DNA from: Eledone cirrhosa | Taxonomy: Eukaryota | Assembly (NCBI GenBank): GCA_964016885.1 | Contig: OZ024745.1 | Span: 113,274,001-113,338,000 of the forward strand | Length of the DNA stretch: 64,000 bases | Direction: 5' to 3' | Part shown: positions 41,927 to 55,275 of the stretch, one piece after another | Layout: each line of letters begins with the position of its first letter | Numbering within the stretch: position 1 is the stretch's first letter | Notes under the pieces: model-generated | Seen by the model: only the letters and a program-made list of their open reading frames with translations | Databases searched by the model: none | What the model was told of the DNA's origin: nothing | Made by a program: the position numbers and the translations under genes

Positions 41927-42460
41927 TAATTGTTTCTACTTTTGGCACAAGGCCAGCAAATACCCAGTGTATTACTGGTACTCTATTTTATTGACCCCGT
42001 AAGGATGAAAGGCAAAGTTAACCTCGGCGGGATTTGAACTCAGACTGTAAAGGGACGTAACTATGTTAGAAAGCATGGCGTCCAACCCTCTATCGATACT
42101 GCCAATTCACCGCCCTTTATTTAATAATTGTTTCTACTTTAGGCACAAGGCCAGCAATTATCCAGTGCATTACTGGTACTTTATTTTATCGACCCCGTAA
42201 GGATGAAAGGCAAAGTCAACCTCGGCGGGATTTGAACTCAGATCGTAAAGGGACGTAACTATGCTGGAAAGCATAGCGTCCGACCCTCTACCGATACTGC
42301 CAATCCACCGCCCTTTATCTAATAATGATGTCTGATTAAGGCACAAGGCCAACAATTTGTGGGGAGGAGAAAGTCGATTAAATCGACCCCAGTGCATTAC
42401 TGATGCTTTATTTTATCGACACCTTAAGGCAAAACTAACCTTGACGGGATTTGAACTCAA
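41927..42460 (-). mobile_element. cluster of three SINE S1-family copies (two young, one older subfamily)
   Basis: Copies at 41927-42115, 42124-42316 and 42325-42460. Confidence 0.88.
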
Positions 42461-42760
42461 GTAGTATTTAAGAATAGTAAAGCTATAGCATGGAATAGAC
42501 TAGTATATATTAATTAAGATATGAAAACTAAGCATCAGCTTATCATAGTCAAGTAAAACCTATATAGAGTTCAAACTGCTAAATAAAGCAGTCGTACGTA
42601 CTTTATCATAAAAACAGAAAACTATATTGGATATGATCCTAAGAACACTTGTCAAACTTACATTTATACAATTATCACACTCATAAAACACCAAAGAATA
42701 GTTTCCTCTGCCTCCCTCCCTACGCTATCTTTCAATACACACACACACATACACACATAT

Positions 42761-43167
42761 ATGTAAATTCGGCTGCTCAGCCGTTAATATGCATAAGGAA
42801 AGTATATACATTCAGACGTTCAACCATCTGGCAGGAAGGTATACGATGCTGACGATAGCTAATAAGCTTGAAACTAGTACATCGTTCTTGTGTCAGTGTT
42901 GAACAAAAAAGTGACGTGGTTGCCTAAACACTGTACGGCATAATTCGGGCTGTTTGTTTGTTTACAAACAAACAAACCGGGCATTATAATAAATGTTCGG
43001 TAAACCGATACGTGCATATATATATGTGTGCATGTATGTATATATATATATACATACTACTGTACGTCTGTATACATATATGTATGTACGTATACATACA
43101 TACATACATTTAAGTAAGTGCCCTACTAAGAGTGAGAAATGAAATTTCGTTTCATTCAATTCCATTT
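42761..43167 (+). mobile_element. family D hammerhead repeat, single unit
   Basis: Reverse-complement homolog of 11047-11435; flanked by (CA)/(TA) tracts. Confidence 0.8.
42843..42885 (+). ncRNA. minimal type I hammerhead ribozyme
   Basis: ACGATG-CTGACGA-TAGCT AATA AGCTT-GAAA-CTAG-TA^-CATCGT; canonical core, GUA triplet, palindromic CUAG stem III. Confidence 0.9.
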
Positions 43168-43186
43168 ATATATATATGTATATACA

Positions 43187-43289
<103 letters not shown>

Positions 43290-43482
43290 CTGCGGAAAAA
43301 GTTTGTATTTTGAATTTTAAACGTGTCTAGGTACCAAGGCTTTTTGCCCATATGAGTCCGTGAGTATTGATTTATTATTTTTTAGATCGTACAGGCAGAC
43401 TTTATGTTGTTGAATTAAGATTTTTCACTCTAGCGATCTTATTAGTCAATTGCAACTAAAACATGTAAATGTTCATCAAATA

Positions 43483-43553
<71 letters not shown>

Positions 43554-43634
43554 ATTGAATAAACAATAGAGATGAACACTAATATAAACATACATGTGTT
43601 CGAATCGTAAGGACTAAAATTTGGTGGAGTTAAA

Positions 43635-43660
<26 letters not shown>

Positions 43661-43665
<5 letters not shown>

Positions 43666-43857
43666 ACATAAGAAACGGAGAATCAGTGGTATGACGATTA
43701 AGATTTATTAAACATATTACAATCGTTTCTCTGGTGACCAGCTCGACGCACCAGTGATTCTCCGTTTCTTATGTGATATTACACTCTGCTCTGTAAGAGC
43801 ATCGAATGCTCAAACGGCATACCGCTTATGGACGCCTTAAGCACCCCACACCAATTA
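43661..43857. mobile_element. (TA)n-flanked fold-back fragment with a half hammerhead
   Basis: ATATCACATAAGAAACGGAGAATCA.TGGT inverted at 43750-43779; minus strand GA-GCTGGTCACCAGA-GAAA-CGATTG-TA-ATATG..AATAAA. Confidence 0.65.
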
Positions 43858-44606
43858 TATATATATATATATATACATATATAAATGTAAGTATGTATAC
43901 GTACATACATAATGTCATGTGCATTCCTGAAAGATAATATCTATCATTTTTTTTAGGAGTTTATAGGAGTTTCATTAGAATATTTAAATACTTCAGAATA
44001 TTTAGCCATAAGTTCAATATCCTGCATAAATATTCATTTCACTCTTTTCGGATATTAGGAATGTGTTAAATTCATGATACCGTTCTTTGTGTAACATAAG
44101 AACTAAAGTAATATTATATAAAGTTAATGGCTTACTGTATTATATTTAGGCGTTTTCCAATTCAAAAAGCTACAATATCATCTGTGTAAGATTTTATGTC
44201 TTACACAATAGTATACGCTGTAATATATTTTACTTGATATACAAGTTTTTAAAATCGATTACTCCATTGAAGTTATGTAAGTATATAGGTAGCATATGAA
44301 GGCTTTCGGAGATAAAATATTGGTAGAAAAGAACCTGGTTAAATTTGTTTCGTGAATGAGAACTATTATGTTCTGATATGTAAATACTAACAACATGAAT
44401 CAGTGCAATCGCTCTCGGCAAGATGTTTATGTCATATAGGGTTGTCAGTGTAACACTTTCTATGAAATTACTCCGTATAACAGTGATTTGAGATTTCGAT
44501 AAATAATTCCAAGGGAGCTAAGATCCATTCCCCAAGCTAACTACGTATTAATACACAATAACATATTGCAACATTTTCTCATTGTTGAACATCTCATTAT
44601 ATTGTA

Positions 44607-44787
44607 GTGAATTGGCAGTATCGGTAGAGGGTCAGACATGCTTTCCAGCATAGTTACGTCCCTTTACGATCTGAGTTCAAATCCTGCCAAGGTTAACTTT
44701 GCCCTTCATCCTTACGAGGTCGATAAAATAAAGTACCAATAATGTACTGAGTAATTGCTGGCCTTGTGCCAAAACTAGAAACAATTA
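44607..44787 (+). mobile_element. SINE S1 with TSD ATTATATTGTA
   Basis: Family match; direct repeat at 44596-44606 and 44784-44794. Confidence 0.88.
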
Positions 44788-44952
44788 TATTGTAAGCGAA
44801 ATGTTCAAATTCATTTGGAATCAGTTATGAAAGAATGGGAATCCTGAATGATATAAGTATAAGTATTACTGAATCCCGATGTATTGAGGTGTTTTGAACT
44901 TAATTTGGGTTTGACTTTATGTGCCCATATATAGTTTTATTTAATATTTGAA

Positions 44953-45137
44953 TAATTGTTTCTACTTTAGGCACAAGGCCAGCAATTACCAAGTACATTA
45001 CTGGTACTTTATTTTTATCGACCCCGTAAGGATGAAAGGTAAAGCCAACCTCGGCGGGATTTGAACTCAGATCCTAAAGGGACGTAACTATGCTGGAAAG
45101 CATGTCGTCCGACCCTCTACCGATACTGCCAATCCAC
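44953..45137 (-). mobile_element. SINE S1
   Basis: Family match; flanked by AATATTTG repeats. Confidence 0.88.
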
Positions 45138-47738
45138 AATATTTGCTAAATATAGATACAGTTATATCTATCTGGTTTAGGAGTTTAAACCGGCTACGGG
45201 GCACCATGTGCAGCTGTCATTTAGTTTAGTTGACCAATATCTTGAGAGAAAATTTTAGGAGACGAGAACAGCAGAAATTCATTATATATACAGGTACATG
45301 TGTATGTCTGTGTATACGTGCAACATTGCGCGCTCGTATGTGCGTATGTTTACGTTTCTTTGTGTGTTTATATCCCGTAGTTTAATGGTTCGACAAAAAG
45401 TGATTGATAAAACATGTTGGCATAAACTGAATGTTGAACACAAATAAGATATAACAAATGAATGTAGGAAAATTGTATCTTTCTATTTTTCTAAACAGAC
45501 TCAGTCGAATATGAGGGTAACATACCGATCAATGATAATTTCTTACAATCACCTACGTAAACTAACTATAAAGTGTATCAACATATATTTCACGCATTTC
45601 TTAATATGTCGATAATGTTGTAGCATTTATCCGATACACTTTAATAATGAATCTCATTGAAAACTTTCTAAAACGGTTAATTTGATTTATACAGTTTTAA
45701 TTTGTAATGTTTCTAACTTCTATTTTGTAATGCTTTTAATTTTAAAATTTAAAGTGCAATGTGTCTGGTTTTAGAATATCGTATTGTTGACTTCTGCGAG
45801 AAGAAATGCGGTTCGATTATATTGATTGAATGACGGATTAATATCTTTGATATTGAAGCATTATATAGAAATAGAGCGTAAAATTATATCTTCAGTCAAA
45901 TTAAAAATATATTTTTTTAAATTCTAAAATGTTTAAAATGAATGAATCTGACAGCAATTTTAAGAATATAAAAAATGTCGTTGATATGATTTTATCATTT
46001 TTTAAACACGTTTCAATTAGCCATATAATAAATATCTTTTAAATTATCTGTCAGAAAATGTTTTCTTTTTTCCTGAAATCGATTAGTGAATGGCATGCAA
46101 TTAATGAATATGTATTCGTATCTTACTTACTTTGACTATTCTGATTGAAATAGCAGTTGATTTTGATAACAGAGGATCACAAATGTGAACTATAAACTAA
46201 ATTGACCTCTGGGCATCTATTACCGTAATGTGAACTGAACACTAAAATGACTTCTGTGCATATCTTGTAGATATGAGCTGAGATGGAGATGAATAACCTC
46301 TGTGCCTAGGAGAAAAATTATTTATGGAGCAATAAAATACTGCTTCATATTCCACTAAATATGTTTCGTTGTCGAAATGGGCAAGGGAATAACTATATAT
46401 GAATCGGTCGATAGAGCGCTTTACACCCGATAACTACGCCGTAAAATTGTTTCTGACTAAAAGGTTTGCAAGTTGGATCAGAAAACGCGTACCGAGTGTA
46501 ATAAAAATTGTTTATTATTTTTATGTTTAGATTTCAATTTACCCTCTCCGATGTTAATATTCTAAATTAATTTTTCGATTGCTATTCAGGCTAGTGATTG
46601 CTAATTAATTTTATTCTATGAGTAAATATTGTATTAGATGATTGCTAGATATAAATGACCTATGTAACGGGGAAATGGCGACATTTATGTCTTTTTTCCC
46701 TCGAGTATTAGTGACAAATGTGAAATAACATGAACTGGATTATGAAACAATATCAGGATCTTGCCTGACGATGGTATTACGATTGGGCAGTTGGCTTTGT
46801 CTCCAAGGCTCTATAGATAACGGTTTCTTATTGACAAGAAACGAATCCTATAGATTTCGATAAAGAGGAAATCGGATATTTTGCCATATATGCTTTTCCG
46901 AAGAGTTGTTACTTCCTGGCTGTAGTGGGTATTTGAAAAAGAAAAAAAAACAACAACATATATTAATGATAAGTGATATCACGATTACAATGAGGTTTGA
47001 ATTAACGTTGGAAAGTAATTACATTCACCAATGCATGTAAACCACTTGGACTCGTTGTGAAAGTTACATTTCCCATTTATTCATACCTTAAAAGTGTTGA
47101 AACCACCCACTATTGAAGTACCCTATGAGATATATATTCTGTGAATATAATGTAATCTTACAAATATGTGCACTATTCTATACATGCATAATGTGATTCT
47201 CTGTGATGTGATAACATATACTGTTCCTGTTATTTATTATATATAGTAGTCAACTTAAGAGAAAAATAGACGTGCGATACATCAAAAATCAGTAAATAGT
47301 TATGACTATTGAATAAGCTCTAACTGAATCACGTGTATTTCTGATGATAAATTTAAGACTACACCAGTAATAACGAAAGGCACGTTCAAATCCTGATGTC
47401 AATATAATTTAATACTTCGATGTAAATTTCTTGCAACTGACGAATTATGGAAATCGCAGTATCATACATTACGCAACAATAAATATCTATCAATAGGAGA
47501 TATAGATTCCAGTAATATACAATATAATCTATTAGTACTGAAGAACCCTTACTGGCGGTGAAAATCATATTTAACTAATTAAAATCCCAGATACTATTTT
47601 TAAAGTAGTTCATATAAGCGTAAATAATTAGCCCATTAAAATAAATGATTCGTTATAATAATTTTCAATTCATATTCATTACGCCTTCCATTGAATCTCA
47701 TTCGATTTCATTCGTTTTATGGTTCGCTATTCCTGTGT

Positions 47739-47810
<72 letters not shown>

Positions 47811-47861
47811 TTCTCTCTTTCTCATAAATGTATATATGTATGTATGTATAAATATATATAT

Positions 47862-48529
47862 ACTAGCTGTGTATCCCGGCGTTGCACGGGTAAGAACATT
47901 GGTAATAGCACCTCCAATGAGAGGCGTTTATTTGTGAGTGCCTGTTAAAAACTCACGAAAATATACCGACAGGAAACTTGTTTTATTTGGAGAAAATTAA
48001 GAAGTTGAAAGTACAGTTTAGCTGTCTACGTGCATTGTTCATAGAAATATTGTTGAGCCCCTTCTTTTCATACTCCTCTGTTTTGGCCTTTTGGAATAAA
48101 TGTGAAAGCGAAAGTCACAGGTTAAGTTGGCAGAAGGTTCCAGTGTCATAGCAGTAAGGCGTAGGCTACTTACCTAAATGTTCATTCGCACTCTCTCCAC
48201 TAAGTTACTCTTTCTCTCTATCCCTCTCCGTGCAGTCCCTTGCGAATTCTCGCGTAGGCCTGGTGTAGATTTGCACCCGATCCATCTGCCCGATGCACAT
48301 GTTCGCTTTGTACGGCTTTTGGAGGAAGGATTGACCAGCAGTACGTTGTTCGGTATTATTGGTGGATTTGCAGTATCGGTAGAGGGTCGGACGTCATGCT
48401 TTGACGCATAGAATTACGACCCTTTCCATTCTGAATTCAAATCCCGCCGAGGTCAACTTTGCCTTTCACACTTTCACCGTATGTATGCATATATATATGT
48501 ATGTGTGTGTGTGTGTGTGTATATATATA

Positions 48530-48589
<60 letters not shown>

Positions 48590-48723
48590 ATACATATATT
48601 TTATGTGTATATTTATATATATGTATATGTGTATATATATATATATATGTGTGTATATGTGTTTGTATATGTATATATATATATGTATATATGTATATGT
48701 GTATATATGTGTTTCTATATGTA

Positions 48724-48771
<48 letters not shown>

Positions 48772-48925
48772 AGTATATATGTATATATGTGATATGTGTA
48801 TGTGTATGCGTGTGTGTGTGTGTGTGAATGTAGCGAAGATAATACGTCAGCAATGACGTGTTCGTCAGAATGTCGTTATGCAGACAGACAGACAGACAGA
48901 CAGACATACAGACAGATATTATAAG
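47862..48925 (-). mobile_element. non-autonomous Helitron with nested SINE and microsatellite (5' boundary uncertain)
   Basis: Reverse complement ends CCCGTGCAACGCCGGG-ATACACAG-CTAG-T (hairpin plus CTAG); (CTGT)n near the putative 5' end at ~48890-48915. Confidence 0.6.
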
Positions 48926-49114
48926 GGCTCGACGGAGATCGATAACCGGCGCCTAACACTCCTTTAACAACAGAAAATTGAAAAATAAAAGCTGCAGTTA
49001 ATATCTTTAGACCGCAAGGAATATATAAATGCAAGTTTGAAGTTAATCGGAGTAGAAATGTGGATTAGTATAGACTTTGCAAAATGAGGGGACACACACA
49101 ACAACAACATTTTT

Positions 49115-49221
<107 letters not shown>

Positions 49222-49698
49222 TAGTTGTTATATAGTAAGGTGCATTATTGGCTGTGTAAAATGGTCCAATAACTTTATGTTAGCAATATTAAGTGCTGTG
49301 TTGGTACATTCTTATATTTGTTTTATTATATATGTTTTTTCCTCGGACATCGCTTCGGTGTGTGTGAAAGTGTGTGTGTACCTACCCACGCTAATTCTAC
49401 GGGTTTAATACTGTGTTAATGTGTGTGTATATATGTATATATTTTTCTTTTACCTGTGGGTGTGGAGTGTGTGTGTGTGTCCCACTCACATTAACTGTGA
49501 CTGACTGTATCCCTACAGATTTGATTGATGTCCAGCAACTTTTGCAGCGATAGAAATCTGAAAACTTTTATGAACTCAACTAAAGCTAATAGCAGTCGCC
49601 GTGTCTCTGACTGACTGGTGTGTCTCCGTACGAGGGAATGAATTCTGTGAGAGAACATCGTTATTTTTTCTCCCTCATATCAAGAATTTGAAGACAAT

Positions 49699-49786
49699 TC
49701 ATTTTCACCTGATGAGATCAGTGATAATCGATCATGGCTGCAGAAACGATCTATCTCTTATTGAAACATGTGTCGTGATTAAATGA
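49699..49786 (+). ncRNA. type I hammerhead ribozyme with long stem II
   Basis: TCATTT TCAC-CTGATGA-GA...-GAAA-CATGTG-TC^-GTGA tt AAATGA. Confidence 0.7.
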
Positions 49787-49903
49787 TTGGAATTTTACCT
49801 TGCCTTCGGATTTTCATTTTGATATATACATATATATCTTCAAATGCAAGTCGGTGTTATAACGGTATGTCGAATATATTTATCTATAAAACTGTTTATA
49901 TTG

Positions 49904-49969
49904 TATTTTGTCTGAGGAAGGCATAGCATATTGTTAATATGATATCCCCGAAATATATATAATGAAATA
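49904..49969 (+). ncRNA. type I hammerhead ribozyme
   Basis: TATTTTGT-CTGAGGA-AGG..CATATT/AATATG..CCCC-GAAA-TATATA-TA^-ATGAAATA. Confidence 0.65.
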
Positions 49970-50046
49970 AATATGGTTTTATAAATATAGTTTCCATTTA
50001 TTTAACATTGTATATATATATATATATACATACATATATATATATA

Positions 50047-50102
<56 letters not shown>

Positions 50103-50126
50103 CACACACACACATACACACATATA

Positions 50127-50192
<66 letters not shown>

Positions 50193-50329
50193 GTAATAAT
50201 AATAAATTTGAAGACTTAAATCCAAAGAGGGCTTGATAAGGATAAATATATATCAAATATATAAGAACCGTAGAGCAAATATTTATTAAAATCTGTTATT
50301 TTAATAAATATATATATATACATATATAT

Positions 50330-51555
50330 TAGAAAGTGTGTTTTTTTTTACAAAATTAAAAATAACAGAGGTGTCCTACACGAGTGAAAGTATAAAGAAA
50401 AAAAGATGAAATCGAAAATGCAACTGGAGTCTTATTTAAAAAAAAAATATATATTTATTTGGTTCCTTTACCGGTTTCGCAGTTCTTCTGCTTTTCAAAA
50501 GTATAGTTAAGATGGAGGGTCTGTGGTTTTTCTCACATCTGGTTGGTTTCTGAACGTTACTTGTTTTATATGGAAAAAAGTGGCTCGAAATGCCCGGTTT
50601 TTAGAGAGGTAATTTGATTGGTTGGTCAATAATTATAATAAATTTCGCGCCAGTTCGCGTTACAAAGTTCTTCAAACCAGGGGGGAGGAGGCACAGGTTG
50701 TTTTTTTTCATATATGAGTGTTTGAATTTCTTTTCACGAAGGCTTTTGTTTAATAAACGTAATTTGATTGGTTATAAATGAAATTATGGCTGTCACGTGA
50801 ACAAGTTTTCATTAAATTTTCGCGCCCCTATTTGGAAATCTATTCTGTAGCCATTTTAGAGAATTTTATGACAAGCAAAAGATAATGGTCAAGAGAAATT
50901 GGATGGGAGAATTGTTCTGGTTCAGTGAATATGGTTAGTTCGCTGGGGTGTCAGAATTCAAATTTTCTCTTGAAGTAAAGAAAGTAAAGATGTGTATGTT
51001 TATTTGTGTGCTGTGTGTGTGTATTAGTAGAAAGTATACCATGAAAAGTATACCATGAAAAATATGGAGAATTTAGCTTATAAGTATGTTGATAAAGCCC
51101 TCCATTGCTTGGATCAGGTCATATAGATAGGTGTGTTGGTGAATCAGCCGCTCCAGTTTAGTGAGCCAACGCTGGAAATTTGCGGCACCGTGTGCGACCC
51201 GGTGGTGTTACTATTCTTTGAAGAAATTTAGCGACACCAAATATATATTCATGTGCACATTAGTGGGGTCCATTAATTCTAGCAGGTCATTTTCTTTGTT
51301 TATTTTTTGTTGGTGGTGGAGTGGATCTTCCGATGATGTACGTGCTGACGTTTTAGCTGGTCAGATGTTAGTGTCACAGCAATGTAGGCGTTTCTATGTT
51401 GTGCAGGCCGGTTCAAGGTTTTAGCTTTCCTGTCCCTCCCACATACACATGAGCCAAGTAGAGCTAAAATTGTTTTGGTGAGATGTCCGTGGCCAACAGT
51501 TTGAAGTTAGCTGGAGCTGGAGTTCTCCCTGTCGCTGCTCCTAAAGGAACGTTCT
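50330..51555 (-). mobile_element. pLTR-like element with promoter motifs, hammerhead and polyA signal
   Basis: Minus strand order: GGCGCGAAA and CCAAT twice, TATAAAA, hammerhead variant, AATAAA, then (TA)n. Confidence 0.5.
50465..50502 (-). ncRNA. minimal hammerhead, U3-A8 core variant
   Basis: CTT-TTGAAAA-GCAG AAGAA CTGC-GAAA-CCGG-TA^-AAG. Confidence 0.55.
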
Positions 51556-51694
51556 AACTTACTTTAAAGTTACGTTAATGAGTGTATCACAACCACCCTG
51601 GCACCTCCTGTTTATACACTGTATCGTTAGATACAGTAAACAGTGTATGGGTGTGTGTGTGTATATATGTATATATTTGTTATATATTATTTGT

Positions 51695-52077
51695 TGGATT
51701 GGCAGTATCGGTAGAGGGTCGGACGCCATGCTTTCCAGCATAGTTACGTCCCTTTACGATCTGAGTTCAAATCCCGCCGAGGTTGACTTTGCCTTTCATC
51801 CTTACGGGGTCGATAAAATAAAGTACCAGTAATGCACTGGGTAATTGCTGGCCTTGTGCCTAAAGTAGAAACAATTATTTGTATGTGTGAATGGATTGGC
51901 AGTATCGGTAGAGGGTCGGACGCCATGCTTTGACGCATAGAGTTACGGCCCTTGCCATTCTGAGTTCAAATCCCGCCGAGGTTAACTTTGCCTTTCATCC
52001 TTACGGGGTCGATAAAATAAGGTACCAGTAATACACTGGATAATTGCTGGCCTTGTGCCAAAAGTAGAAACAATTAT
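51695..52077 (+). mobile_element. tandem SINE S1 dimer
   Basis: Near-identical to 27979-28360, including the spacer TTTGTATGTGTGAA. Confidence 0.9.
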
Positions 52078-52130
52078 TTGTATGTGTGAGTATCTATGTA
52101 TGTGGATATGTGGGCACAGTTGTGTTTGCA

Positions 52131-52325
52131 TGTAGGTATATTAGTATATACCTGTAGGTATGTGAGTATATACCTGTAGGTATATGAGTATATGCCTACA
52201 GGTATATTAGTATATACCTGTAGGTATATGAGTATATACCTGTAGGTATATGAGTATATACCTACAGGTATATGAGTATATACCTGTAGGTATATGAGTA
52301 TAAACCTGTAGGTATATTAGTATAC
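52131..52325. repeat. 22-bp minisatellite AGTATATACCTGTAGGTATATG (~8-9 units)
   Basis: Seen directly; each unit contains TATACCT/AGGTATA inverted arms. Confidence 0.9.
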
Positions 52326-52718
52326 ATGTACAATTATGCATTATGTACATGCATGTGTGTATTTACGCATGTATTTGTGTATGTGCATATGTGTGAGTGT
52401 GTGTGTGTGTACATATATGTCAGATACTCCTGCTGCTGCGGGGCATTATGAGAAATAAGTTTCTATACATTATACGTTATGTGGATGCGTAGTTTTGAAG
52501 CTTTGTGATTAGTTATGTAGGTAGAAATATAAAGAAATTATATTGACTTCTTTAAAATATATCAACGTCTATTTGCTAATGAAAAAAAGAATAATATATT
52601 ATCTTACTAAGAATAATCTTTAGAACTACTCTGAGTTTTATAGGTTCTGGTTAATTATGGAACTGAAAATCCTTTTTATATGACGTATATATGGGAAATA
52701 GAATAGGTATGGCTAATA

Positions 52719-52909
52719 TAATTGTTTCTACTTTAGGCACAAGGCCAGCAATTACCCAGTGCATTACTGGTACTTTATTTTATCGGCCCCGTAAGGATGA
52801 AAGGCAAAGTCAACCTCGGCGGGATTTGAACTCAGATCGTAAAGGGACGTAACTATGCTGGAAAGCATGGCGTCCGACCCTCCACCGATACTGCCAATCC
52901 ACCGCCCTT
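52719..52909 (-). mobile_element. SINE S1 with 17-bp TSD
   Basis: GGTATGGCTAATATAAT at 52706-52722 and 52910-52926. Confidence 0.92.
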
Positions 52910-53247
52910 GGTATGGCTAATATAATGATAAATGTGATGTAGCTGACACATTAATTAGTTGTGATAGACATTTGGAATAACAACACCAAACGTAGGTCTC
53001 TCTCCATATAAATACATTATATTGCCTTACAAATGGATAACCTAATAGGCTATTTGAAGCCATTGTGTCATTGATTGCGTCATGGTATCATGACGTACAC
53101 ATTTCGCCACTGAAATACGTTTTGTGGCTACACACACACGCGTCCGCACGTACCCATATATGTATTGTGCATATGCATATATATATATATATATAAAGTA
53201 CCAGTAATGCACTGGATAATTGCTGGCCTTGTGCCAAAAGTAGAAAC

Positions 53248-53290
<43 letters not shown>

Positions 53291-53295
<5 letters not shown>

Positions 53296-53468
53296 GTTTC
53301 TACTTTTGGCACAAGGCCAGCAATTACTCAGTGCATTACTGGTACTTTATTTTATCGACCCCGTAAGGATGAAAGGCAAAATCAACCTCGGCGGGATTTG
53401 AACTAAGATCGTTAAGGGACGTAACTATGCTGGAATGCATGGCATCCGACCCTCTACCGATACTACCC
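53291..53468 (-). mobile_element. SINE S1
   Basis: Family match. Confidence 0.88.
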
Positions 53469-54594
53469 AAAGAGGTTATATCTGATGTAACTTCTTTCTA
53501 TCTTCTAGATTAGGAAATTTTAATCATTAAATCTCCAATTGTAATTGAAGATTATAGAGTCTGATACTTTTCCTTCGGTTGTTCTTTTAAATTTTAAATT
53601 GTGTGACTGGGAAGTAGCATATAAATGATCACAGATTAATTATTCTAATCTAGCATTTAATTCATTTCCGCATGTCTTAAATCCTTAATCATGCTCTTTT
53701 ACCACGCAAGATTTTCACTTTCTAGAATTATATTTTTCTCCTGCTTCATCTCCTTTCATTACAATTTCAATTGAAGTATTTAGATAGAAAGAAATTGATG
53801 TATTTGTATAGAAATATTCTCAGGTAAAAATAGATATATTGTGTGACCTGTAATCATATGGGATTTATCTTCATTAAAGTCATTTCTCAATTCAATATAT
53901 TCATGAGTAAATTGAGAACCTTAATCTCCCAAATTTCTTCAGAATTATTAGAACAGCTTAGATTTTTGTACCAGGTATATCTTTCAACAATTATTTTAAG
54001 ATGCTTTATGCTGTTTATATTTCATATACATAAAATTATCTGCTACTTAGTTATTTAAAGAACAGCAGTATATATTCAATTCTTATTTCACAGAAAATAT
54101 TGCATGAAATCGCTGCTGTTCTCTTTTGCAATCTGTAAGCTGTTGCTAAGAATTCTTTATTTGAAATAAAATGTTCTTTTCTGTGTTTTTGAATATATTC
54201 CATACACATCTCTGTTTACCGACAATCTTCTTGCGACAATTTAGCATTTTGTAAATTATGGATTTACTCACGCAGTTCCTTTTGATATTAATGGCCATGC
54301 TTTCATTAAACGACATTGTAAACAAGGATTTGATTTGGAGTATACAATATCGAAAGGCAATCTATAATTTAATATAATATTCTTGATCTTAGTTTTAATC
54401 CAATGAGAAAGATTCCTGAAACGCCAAATTGGAATATCAAATACAGAACTTTGAATTACTCTAATTTCTTGGTTGTTCAATATATAACAAATCCACCCAC
54501 CCCAACAAACAAAATTAAACAAAATTACTTAGCTTTAAATCGCATACTTTACGTCCAGTTTTATGAAGAACAGAATCGTTACATTGTATAAATG

Positions 54595-55275
54595 TACGAG
54601 TCGGCGGAAAAGTTCATAGGCTGACCAAAATACTCTTATGGAATGTGACCAAATAAGGTTTATTTTTCAACATAGTCCCTCCCCCCCTGCAGTCCACACA
54701 CTTCTGTCACCAGTGTTGCAGTTCTTGGATTCCATTAGTAAAAATGTCATCAACAGCACATATGACGTCATTATCACTGCGATACAGGTTCTCAGCCAAG
54801 AGCTTCTTCATGTTCGGAAACAGATAATAGTCAGATATGGTCAAATCAAGAGAATAGGGAGGGTGATCAACCAGTTCAAAGCTATAGTCACGCAGAGCAG
54901 CCATCGAAACCAAGGAATTGTGTGCTGGAATATTGTCCTGATGAAACAAGACCTCTTTCGTCAGTTTTTTTGTGTGTTTATTGTTGCTAGCCCTTTGGAA
55001 CTGCCTCAACAAGTTGGCATAATACTCTCCATTGTCGGTTTGACACTTTCAAAGATAGTCAATAAACACAATTTTTTTTTGCACCCCCAAAACTGAGTCT
55101 GCGGATGAAACGACCTTGGCATTCTTTGGAGTTGGCGAGAAGAAGCGTTTCTACTGCATGTATTGTCATTTTGTCTCTGACAAGAGAAAGATTTGAAATT
55201 AATGCATTCAAGATTCCACAGCTCTAGTATCACTCCTTCACAGTCAGCCTGTAAACTTTTCAGTCGACCCTCATA
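54595..55275 (-). mobile_element. mariner transposon, internally deleted
   Basis: VLFHQDNIPAH...HPPYSLDLTISDYYLFPNMKK (D34D-type motif); TIRs TACGAGTCGGCGGAAAAGTT / AACTTTTCAGTCGACCCTCATA with TA ends. Confidence 0.9.

Noticed and set aside
47335-47395. CTGATGA...GAAA..TC motif
   Set aside because: Stems II and III do not pair convincingly; likely chance in AT-rich DNA.
53470-54590. Possible old coding relic on the minus strand
   Set aside because: No recognisable motif, and frames are repeatedly interrupted.
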